The position numbers were made by a program, and so were the translations under genes. A DNA stretch of 61,598 nt. Origin: Candidatus Udaeobacter sp. Its GTDB lineage: Bacteria; Verrucomicrobiota; Verrucomicrobiia; Chthoniobacterales; UBA10450. Every line of letters begins with the position of its first letter. The first letter of the stretch is position 1. This document shows positions 54,716 through 61,598 of the stretch, in pieces. The notes under the pieces are model-generated. The model made no database searches, was not told where the DNA came from, and saw only the letters and a program-made list of their open reading frames with translations. The stretch is from positions 1 to 61,598 of the forward strand of contig JBJMXF010000108.1 of the NCBI GenBank assembly GCA_045809725.1, written 5' to 3'.

Positions 54716-57343
54716 TTGAAACCGACCAAAACATACCTCAAACCGCCGCCGGGCTATCGCTTTCGGCGGCCGTGGTACTTCCGGCCATGGTTTTATGTGC
54801 CCGTCGCGGTCATGGCGGTGATCGCGCTGTTTATGACAGTTTTCTTTTCCAGCATCGTTGTCGATTTGCAAGCGCAGGCCAACTCTTTCGACTTGAGCAA
54901 GCTGGAGCAAATGGAATCGGCCAGTGTGATTCTGGACCGCAATGGGAAGATATTTGGGCAAATCTACGTCGAGAACCGCGAGACAGTGCCTTACGAGAAA
55001 TTGGCTCCTGATCTCATCAACGCGGTCATTGCAGTTGAGGACGCAAAGTTTTATGAGCATCACGGCTACGATTTGTTCGGGATCATTCGTGCAGCGCTCA
55101 AAAATCTGACAGCCGGCCATGTTCGCCAGGGCGCCAGCACCATTACACAACAGCTGGCGCGCAACAGTTTCTCGCTGAAAGAAAGAACATATCGCCGGAA
55201 GCTGCTGGAGATTTTTCTCGCCAAGCGCATCGAAGACAATTTCAGCAAACAAAAAATCCTCGAGCTGTATCTGAACCGGATTTATTTCGGTGGCGGCATG
55301 TACGGAGCCGAAGCGGCCGCGCGCGGGTATTTTGGAAAGTCCGCGCGCGACATGACTCTGGCGGAGTGCGCGACGCTCGCAGGCCTGATCAAAAGTCCAA
55401 ATCGCTTATCCCCATGGTCTGACCGGACCAGTTCGCGCGAGACACGCGACTTCGCCCTTGATCGAATGCGCGACAATGGATTCATCACCCATGAACAATG
55501 CGTCACGGCGCGCGCCGAAAAGATCGCGGTGGGCAGCCGGCAAAACGCTCAGGGCCAGACTTACGCGGTCGATTACATCCGCCAGCAAGTGATTGCAGCC
55601 GTAGGATGGGATCGCGCAATCAACGAAGGCTATCGCATTCACACGACAATCGACGTCGATCTTCAGCGCGTCGCCGAGGACTCATTAAAGGCCCACTTGG
55701 AGCAGGTCGAAAAACACCCGGACTACAAACATCAGACGTACGTCGAATACGCAGCGTCATTTCGAAAGGCTAAATCAAGCGGTAAAATGGCTGAGCAACC
55801 TGCGCCCGAATACTTGCAAGGCGCGGCCATCGGCCTGGATAATGCCAGCGGCGACATCCTTGTACTGGTCGGCGGGCGTGATTTCGAACACAACCAGTTT
55901 AATCGCGCGTTGCAGGCCCGGCGGCCCGCGGGCACGGCAATGTTACCGTTTGTTTACGCCACGGCGTTCGAACGAGGAATGTATCCGGGTTCAATAGTTG
56001 AAGATTCGCCGCTCGATAATCGCGCGGTGATGATTGGAGGCACCACCGGAATTCTCGGGGAATGGGGACCCGAGAATGCCGACAACCAGTATGAGGGTCG
56101 AATGACCGCCAGGCAGGCCCTGGTGAAATCGAAAAATGGCGCAACCGTCCGCATCGGCATGGATGCCGGAATCGAGGCGGTGCTACAACTTTGTTCCTCG
56201 GCAGGTATTCGTTCTCAGCTTCGCCCTTATCCAGCGACATTTCTCGGCAGTAGCGAACTTACGCTGGCCGAGCTGGCGATGGGATACACCATTTTTCCGA
56301 ACGGCGGGTGGCGACCGAGTACGCCGCATATTCTGGAGCGTATCGAGGAAAAAGACGGAACAGTGGTGTGGAATGGGAAGCAGCAAAGCATCCGCAAGAT
56401 CGTGACCAAACCCGAAACCGCGTACGAAGTGCATTCGTGTCTGGTAGATGCTCTTCAATCCGGAACAGGAAAAGCCGCTTACACGCAATTTGGTTTAAAG
56501 AAATTCGCGGCTGCCGGAAAAACCGGAACCGCGTACGATTTTACGGATGCGCTCTTTGCCGGATACGATTCCAGTTTCACCTGCGCCGTGTGGGCCGGCT
56601 TCGATAAGCCGCAGAAAATTTATCGGGGCGCGTTCGGACGCGAGCTGGCGCTGCCGATCTGGGTCGACATCATGAATGCCGCCGCCCAGAGTAATCCGCC
56701 GCGAGAGATTAAACGGCCGTCCAGTCTGACACAGATCGAGATTTGTTCGCGATCCGGACAACTGGCTACAGACAAATGCTACGACGCAGTGAAGTCCGCG
56801 AACGGCGATACAGTCCAACGTCGTAGCACTTACATGGAGATTGCGACACAGGCGCAAGCACCGACGGAGCTTTGCAACATTCACGGTGAACCGCGGGCCC
56901 GTCTCGCTCGGGAATTTGGTACAAGCGATTTACCGCGAGCTGAGCTGGCTGTGAACCTGCGTGAAGTCATGCCGGTCGCCATTAAAAGTCCCACGCTCAT
57001 AGCTGACCGCGACCCGTATGATTCACTCAAGGCAACAGCGATACCGGACGCACCGCCGCAGGCGGCTGCGGAAACCGCCGACACTCAGAAGACGGACAAT
57101 GCAACTGACCCGAATGACGTGAAGGCCGCCAGCAACAACGCGAGCCTAACGACACAATCCGCTCCAGAGATTCGAAAGGCCGTGCCAGTCCAAACGATTC
57201 GGAAAGCGATCCCGGTCCAACCGCAGGAACGGCAACCATCAGAGATTCGCCGTGCGGTACCGGTGAAACCGCTAGATCAAGAAGCCACGCAACGCACGCT
57301 ATTGCGATCTGCGGTGCAGCCGCCCGGCGACCTCCACGAGTAA
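54716..57343 (+). CDS. mrcA: Class A penicillin-binding protein (PBP1A-type transglycosylase/transpeptidase) with a repeat-containing C-terminal tail
   Basis: GT51 motifs AVIAVEDAKFYEHHG, GASTITQQLARN and RKLLEIFLAKRIE. Transpeptidase motifs are present (KTGT). The N-terminal TM segment is VPVAVMAVIALFM. TTG start. Confidence 0.92.
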   Translation: MKPTKTYLKPPPGYRFRRPWYFRPWFYVPVAVMAVIALFMTVFFSSIVVDLQAQANSFDLSKLEQMESASVILDRNGKIFGQIYVENRETVPYEKLAPDLINAVIAVEDAKFYEHHGYDLFGIIRAALKNLTAGHVRQGASTITQQLARNSFSLKERTYRRKLLEIFLAKRIEDNFSKQKILELYLNRIYFGGGMYGAEAAARGYFGKSARDMTLAECATLAGLIKSPNRLSPWSDRTSSRETRDFALDRMRDNGFITHEQCVTARAEKIAVGSRQNAQGQTYAVDYIRQQVIAAVGWDRAINEGYRIHTTIDVDLQRVAEDSLKAHLEQVEKHPDYKHQTYVEYAASFRKAKSSGKMAEQPAPEYLQGAAIGLDNASGDILVLVGGRDFEHNQFNRALQARRPAGTAMLPFVYATAFERGMYPGSIVEDSPLDNRAVMIGGTTGILGEWGPENADNQYEGRMTARQALVKSKNGATVRIGMDAGIEAVLQLCSSAGIRSQLRPYPATFLGSSELTLAELAMGYTIFPNGGWRPSTPHILERIEEKDGTVVWNGKQQSIRKIVTKPETAYEVHSCLVDALQSGTGKAAYTQFGLKKFAAAGKTGTAYDFTDALFAGYDSSFTCAVWAGFDKPQKIYRGAFGRELALPIWVDIMNAAAQSNPPREIKRPSSLTQIEICSRSGQLATDKCYDAVKSANGDTVQRRSTYMEIATQAQAPTELCNIHGEPRARLAREFGTSDLPRAELAVNLREVMPVAIKSPTLIADRDPYDSLKATAIPDAPPQAAAETADTQKTDNATDPNDVKAASNNASLTTQSAPEIRKAVPVQTIRKAIPVQPQERQPSEIRRAVPVKPLDQEATQRTLLRSAVQPPGDLHE

Positions 57344-57364
57344 ACCCGCATTCTTACTTAGGCT

Positions 57365-57485
57365 GTCATGTCGAGCGAAGTCGAGACATCCGGCGAAGAC
57401 ACCTGAGGGTTGTGCCACGGGATGGAAACCCTGGCCTCGCGGACTTCGTCCGCTACGTTGCAGCCTCGACTGCGCTCGGAATGAC
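57365..57485. repeat. Palindromic intergenic element, family A
   Basis: GTCATGTCGAGCGAAGTCGAGACATCC (57365-57391) is mirrored by CCTCGACTGCGCTCGGAATGAC (57464-57485). It lies directly after the PBP1A stop. Confidence 0.75.
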
Positions 57486-57516
57486 CACTATGAGATGTCT
57501 GGTAGTTCAGTAAGCA

Positions 57517-58581
57517 ATGACCTCTCAACACGCCGAGAACTTTCAACTAACGGTTCTCAATCCCGGAGGACGGGATCCCGAACAGCATTTTCAGCCTTTG
57601 CCTGCACCTGACGAAGGTGCGCATTCGCCGATCAATTTTCATGCTTTCGCGGCGTGTACATTCGGCGCGTTTCATCGCGATACGCGCCGCGCCACCGGCG
57701 AAAGAACACCTGTGCTCCTTCTTTTGCGCAGTGATTTTCGCGCGTCAGAGCGGGCGTTAATTCATTTACAAAAACAACGTCGCACTGTCGCAGTTTCATT
57801 GAAGGAAACCGGGCTGCACCAAGTCGCGCAACAGTTGCGCGACCCAGCGAAATTATCGCGCTTCGTAAAAATTGTGGTGCAAGCCGATGCCTGTATCGCC
57901 ACAACGCCCGAGGCCGCGGACATCTATCAGCGCATTCGCTCCAAACACGATCCCGCGACAGTGGCGTTCATCGCGACCCCCTATCCTATCGAAGATCAAC
58001 GATGGGATTTTTCCGTGCCGCGCGACGAGCAGTCCGGCATTTTCATTGGCACACGCGAATGGGACGTGCCATCACGCAATCATTTCGCCGCGCTTTTAGT
58101 CGCACGGCAGTTGTGCCAAGCGACGGATGAACCGGTCACAGTCGTTAACCTCGATGGCCACAAAGGGCGGCGCTTGTTAGGCGCACTCAACTTTCCCGAC
58201 GGAAAACTCCGCGTAATCGAGACATGGAAGAGTTACCCCGAATATCTTCGCAATGTAGCGCAGCATAAGATCGTGCTGCAACTCGATAGCAGCCATGTAC
58301 CGGGCCAGGTTGCCGGGGACGCTTTGCTCTGCCGAATCCCGTGCGTCGGAGGCGATGGCGCAATCGAACGAATTGCGTTTGTCCGAACGTGCGGCGAAGG
58401 CCGAACGATTAACGAACTCGCTTCAATGGCCTTGGAGCTATTGAAGAATCCTCAGTTACGCCACGCAGTTGTCGCCGAATCGCAGCAGTGCGCGCGAGAG
58501 CGGCTGTCATTTGAGGCGGTGCGCACGCCGTTAGCAAGGTTCTACGCTAACGTCCAAGGCAGAACGGCTTTTGAGTCGTAG
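57517..58581 (+). CDS. Hypothetical protein with a divergent GT-B (GT1/GT4-like) C-terminal half
   Basis: 354 aa. PGQVAGDALLCRIPCVGGDG and the following helix (ELASMALELLKNPQLRHAVVAESQQCARERLSFE) resemble the donor-binding half of GT4 glycosyltransferases, but the canonical Glu residues are not evident. Confidence 0.5.
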   Translation: MTSQHAENFQLTVLNPGGRDPEQHFQPLPAPDEGAHSPINFHAFAACTFGAFHRDTRRATGERTPVLLLLRSDFRASERALIHLQKQRRTVAVSLKETGLHQVAQQLRDPAKLSRFVKIVVQADACIATTPEAADIYQRIRSKHDPATVAFIATPYPIEDQRWDFSVPRDEQSGIFIGTREWDVPSRNHFAALLVARQLCQATDEPVTVVNLDGHKGRRLLGALNFPDGKLRVIETWKSYPEYLRNVAQHKIVLQLDSSHVPGQVAGDALLCRIPCVGGDGAIERIAFVRTCGEGRTINELASMALELLKNPQLRHAVVAESQQCARERLSFEAVRTPLARFYANVQGRTAFES

Positions 58582-58621
58582 AACGCCAGGCACTCACCGC
58601 GCCGAACGCCTCTGGCGGAAA

Positions 58622-58960
58622 TCAAAAAACGATCTCAAAAAGCTTAATGCCCTTCCATTTGCCGGGGTAATCGCGATCGCCCACATTTAGCGTCGGGTTA
58701 CTAGGTACGCCAGGAGCGAACGATGTGTTCTCCACCCAGATTCCGTAGCGGGCCGGCGCCCACGGATTGAGCATTTGAAGCGGGTTACGACCTCGACCAA
58801 AAGCTTTCGGAAGTGCTCCCTCAACTCTTGGCCGTTCGGAGACCGGCGGCGGCGTCTCCATCGCGCGCACCGGTTTTTGCGGGCCGAGCGGTGCTCTGAA
58901 TTCTTGCGCCGAAACCGTCGTAACCACTGCGGCGAGGATTGCGATCATCAATGTCTTCAT
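58622..58960 (-). CDS. Small secreted hypothetical protein
   Basis: The ATG at 58960 gives the signal peptide MKTLMIAILAAVVTTVSAQ. I recognised no family. Confidence 0.55.
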   Translation of the reverse strand: MKTLMIAILAAVVTTVSAQEFRAPLGPQKPVRAMETPPPVSERPRVEGALPKAFGRGRNPLQMLNPWAPARYGIWVENTSFAPGVPSNPTLNVGDRDYPGKWKGIKLFEIVF

Positions 58961-59028
58961 GTTTCCCTTTCGTTCGAGGCGTATGAACATGTTGCCCATA
59001 ACCACGCCCGCACACAATATATCTTTCG

Positions 59029-60000
59029 ATGGATTCTCTTAAAAAGGCTGCACGCGTCCTCGATTTAGAAATTTTTGAACTTCAGCGGCTTCGGAACCGG
59101 CTGGATGAAAATTTCTCGCGCGCCATTGAGGTGATCAAGGAAACAGTCGATTCCCGAGGGAAAGTCGTGGTCGTGGGCGTCGGTAAATCCGGGCACATTG
59201 GCGCGAAGATTGCCTCTACTCTCACGAGCACCGGTTCGCCCGCGGTGGTGCTGGATTCGTCTAATGCACTCCATGGCGATCTGGGCATGATCGCCGACGG
59301 CGACGTGGTTCTTGCGTTAAGCGCGAGTGGCGAGACGGAAGAAATGCTCCGGATTTTGCCGGCGATCACGCGATTTCAGGTCAGGATTATCGCCATGTGC
59401 GGCGATCCAAAATCGACGCTCGCGCGAAACGCGCATGTCTGTCTCGATGTAAATGTCGAACAGGAAGCTTGTCCGCTGAACCTCGCTCCCACGTCGAGCA
59501 CGACGGTGATGCTGGCTCTGGGCGACGCATTGGCGATGGTGCTCTTGGAGGCGCGCGGATTTAACAAGGAAGACTTCGCTAAATTTCATCCCGGCGGCAT
59601 GATCGGCCGCAGCATGTTGATGCGCGTTCATCAAGTCATGCGGCCGCATGATGCGATGGCGATTGTGGCGAGCGACACGCCGATACGCGACGTGCTCAGG
59701 GCGATGACCAGTGTGCGCGCTGGCGCTGCCGTTGTCACCGGCGACGAAGACCAATTGCTTGGCATATTTACCCACGGAGATTTCGTGCGGCATTTTCAAT
59801 CTGATTCCCGCATTGGCGAACGATTGGTGGCAGACCTGATGACGCTGAATCCAGTTACGGTGCACAAAGAAAAGCTGGCAGTAGAAGTTCTGAACCTGCT
59901 GGAGCGTCATCGGATCGATGACCTGGTCGTGATCGATGACGACAATGTCCCCGTAGGCATTGTCGATTCGCAGGATCTGACGCGGTTAAAACTATTGTAA
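59029..60000 (+). CDS. kpsF: Arabinose-5-phosphate isomerase (KpsF/GutQ; SIS domain plus two CBS domains)
   Basis: VVVGVGKSGHIGAKIASTLTSTGSPA (SIS domain), LSASGETEE, and tandem CBS domains at the C-terminus. Confidence 0.92.
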   Translation: MDSLKKAARVLDLEIFELQRLRNRLDENFSRAIEVIKETVDSRGKVVVVGVGKSGHIGAKIASTLTSTGSPAVVLDSSNALHGDLGMIADGDVVLALSASGETEEMLRILPAITRFQVRIIAMCGDPKSTLARNAHVCLDVNVEQEACPLNLAPTSSTTVMLALGDALAMVLLEARGFNKEDFAKFHPGGMIGRSMLMRVHQVMRPHDAMAIVASDTPIRDVLRAMTSVRAGAAVVTGDEDQLLGIFTHGDFVRHFQSDSRIGERLVADLMTLNPVTVHKEKLAVEVLNLLERHRIDDLVVIDDDNVPVGIVDSQDLTRLKLL

Positions 60001-60019
60001 CGCACTGCGGCAACGGCCT

Positions 60020-60165
60020 GGGTAGCGCACGCGTCACGCGTGCTGGCGAGCGCGTCCCGCGCTCGCGAACTTTTCTAACGCGGCGCTACGCCTGGATGCG
60101 GTAATCCAAAGAAAGCCTGTTTCGGCAGGATGCCGAAACCAACACGCCAGAGACGTGCGCTACCC
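60020..60165. repeat. Palindromic intergenic element, family B (second copy)
   Basis: GGGTAGCGCACGCGTCACGCGTGCTGGCGAG ... AAAGAAAGCCTGTTTCGGCAGGATGCCGAAACCAACACGCCAGAGACGTGCGCTACC is collinear with 9692-9840. The internal hairpin GTTTCGGCA-GGA-TGCCGAAAC carries a compensatory G:C to A:T change relative to copy 1. Confidence 0.85.
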
Positions 60166-60276
60166 CGGAAATTTGCGTTCACAGCGAGTGCATGTAAACT
60201 CCGCGCTCTCCCGCTGAAGCAGGTAACGCTTCAACGTTTTAACCGTGTAATTTTGTAACCGATCACCTCTCAATTC

Positions 60277-60834
60277 ATGCCCGCTGCTAACGATTTACGC
60301 AAAGGAATGGCCATCAAATACAATGGCAATCCGGCCATTGTGCTTGAGGTCCATCATCGCACGCCGGGCAATTTGCGCGCGTTCGTGCAGGCCATCATTC
60401 GTTACATCAACACCGGCAAAAGCGCCGACGTCCGCTTTGGTTCCACTGACAAGGTCGAGCTGGTCGATATCGAACGAAAACAACTGGAATTTTCTTACAA
60501 GGATCGCAACGGCTATCATTTCATGGATCCTGACACGTATGACACGGTTACGCTGACCGAAAATCTGGTCGGTGGCGCCAGTGATTACCTCGTAGAGAAT
60601 CTTTCGGTGCAGGTCCTTTATGCGGAAGGCAAGGCTGTCGAAGTGGAACTGCCGGCTTCCGTAAGTCTGAAGGTCGTCGAATCAGCGGAAGGTCTGCGCG
60701 GCGATACTGCCAGTAACGTCACCAAGCCCGCAAAGCTGGAAACTGGCAAGACGATTAACGTGCCGCTTTTCATCAAGGAAGGCGAGGCGATCAAAATCGA
60801 CACTCGCACAGGGGCGTACATGGGCCGCGCGTAA
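60277..60834 (+). CDS. efp: Elongation factor P
   Basis: 185 aa with canonical EF-P architecture. The loop reads HHRTPGNLRAF where E. coli has FVKPGKGQAF. Confidence 0.95.
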   Translation: MPAANDLRKGMAIKYNGNPAIVLEVHHRTPGNLRAFVQAIIRYINTGKSADVRFGSTDKVELVDIERKQLEFSYKDRNGYHFMDPDTYDTVTLTENLVGGASDYLVENLSVQVLYAEGKAVEVELPASVSLKVVESAEGLRGDTASNVTKPAKLETGKTINVPLFIKEGEAIKIDTRTGAYMGRA

Positions 60835-61180
60835 CGCGGTCATTTCTGGGGAGCACAGGCCGCTGGCGTGTAGTTTCCGGCAACTTGTCGGAAACATGGA
60901 TATAATTGTTGTTTGCGGCTGGCCTGTTTGCCTGCCGGCAGGCTGCCGAGATGAACACGTCAGCGGCTTGTGCTCCTCAGAACTTTTAAATTTCGCTTTT
61001 CCAAAATGACCGCATTCCGCGTAATCTGCGGCAAGTTTGGCTGTAACGAGTCGTAGATCGAAAAAGAATGGCGGCGCGCCGAATTCGAAGCGCGGCGGAA
61101 AAGTCATTCGCAGCGTTGCGCGCACACCATCGAGAGACTTTATCGCGGAATCCGAGCCGCTCACTGTTCCTACAAAGTGG

Positions 61181-61598
61181 GTGAAATTTATCTTTGCGAT
61201 TTTTCTGCTGCCGATCTGTGGGGTTTTGACGCAGACATTTTTCACGTCGTTCGCGCGCGCAACGGTGACGCAACGGTTGTGGACAGGCGAGGAGTTCTGG
61301 TTCTTTTCGTTAGGCGCGGTGCTGTGGCTAATAGCTTTCTTCGGTCTGCCACGCCCAATGTTGATTTACGTGTTCGGGCACGAGCTAACCCACGCGCTCT
61401 GGGTGTGGTTGATGGGTGGCCGTGTGAGTCAGTTCCGTGTCGGTGCCGAGGGCGGACACGTGGTGACCACCAAAGCGAATTTCTGGATCGCGCTGGCGCC
61501 GTATTTCTTCCCGATCTACAGCATTCTGACGATCGCGATTTACGGCGGCCTCAGCCTTTTTCTCAACGTGCAGCCGTATGGGCGGCTTCTTTACGCCG
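61181..61598 (+). CDS. Membrane protein with an HExxH zinc-peptidase-like motif. The start is uncertain and the 3-prime end lies beyond the window.
   Basis: Edge-truncated, so absent from the ORF track. The frame is open from 61025. Candidate starts are the TTG at 61037 and the GTG at 61181. It encodes hydrophobic segments and FGHELTHALWVWLMGG. Confidence 0.55.
   Translation, partial: MKFIFAIFLLPICGVLTQTFFTSFARATVTQRLWTGEEFWFFSLGAVLWLIAFFGLPRPMLIYVFGHELTHALWVWLMGGRVSQFRVGAEGGHVVTTKANFWIALAPYFFPIYSILTIAIYGGLSLFLNVQPYGRLLYA

Noticed and set aside
60682-61245. A 187-aa minus-strand ORF between efp and the right-edge gene.
   Set aside because: It overlaps the efp 3-prime end, the intergenic palindromes and the start of the HExxH membrane protein gene. 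I found no motif and it has atypical composition.
1-61598. A prophage, integrative element, defence island or biosynthetic gene cluster.
   Set aside because: I recognised no integrase, transposase, recombinase, phage structural, restriction or Cas-type, or PKS/NRPS-type genes. The gene content is core metabolism, envelope and information processing throughout.

Overview
This is a 61.6-kb, moderately GC-rich chromosomal window with about 50 protein-coding genes, most of them housekeeping. I recognised no rRNA, tRNA, CRISPR array, transposase, integrase or phage genes. Gene content and the intergenic repeats suggest a PVC-group (Verrucomicrobiota-like) bacterium; this is inference only.

Gene content by function:
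- Replication, translation and RNA: rplI-dnaB, rnr, efp, and an rsmA-Nudix fusion.
- Central and cofactor metabolism: tkt, folP, glgE, kamA, thiolase, acyl-CoA dehydrogenase, a class V aminotransferase, kpsF.
- Envelope: rodA, a class A PBP, an L,D-transpeptidase, a GH25 muramidase, and exbB-exbD-TPR.
- Signalling: cdaA and an ECF sigma / Ser-Thr kinase pair.
- A molybdenum-cofactor / formate dehydrogenase cluster at 44.2-53.5 kb.

Main points that the ORF track does not show:
1. The formate dehydrogenase alpha subunit is a selenoprotein. Two adjacent same-frame ORFs are joined by a TGA at 51079-51081, and a SECIS-like hairpin follows 11 nt downstream.
2. Three families of palindromic intergenic elements recur through the window. 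Some supply stop codons or terminal coding sequence to the flanking genes.
3. There are two unusual fusions: RsmA-Nudix, and cytochrome b fused to a sulfite-oxidase-fold Moco domain.
4. Four DnaA-box-like sites, including an 18-bp perfect palindrome, lie upstream of rsmA.
5. A 54-nt copy of the sufT 3-prime end lies 4.4 kb from sufT.
6. A short [IV]R[RK]AxP motif is shared by the PBP1A tail and the ExbBD-linked TPR protein.
7. About 0.5 kb upstream of kamA is unresolved; it is either a TTG-initiated ORF or a structured leader.

I do not see a clear-cut new multi-gene system such as a defence island. All functional calls rest on motif recognition by eye and still need database searches.
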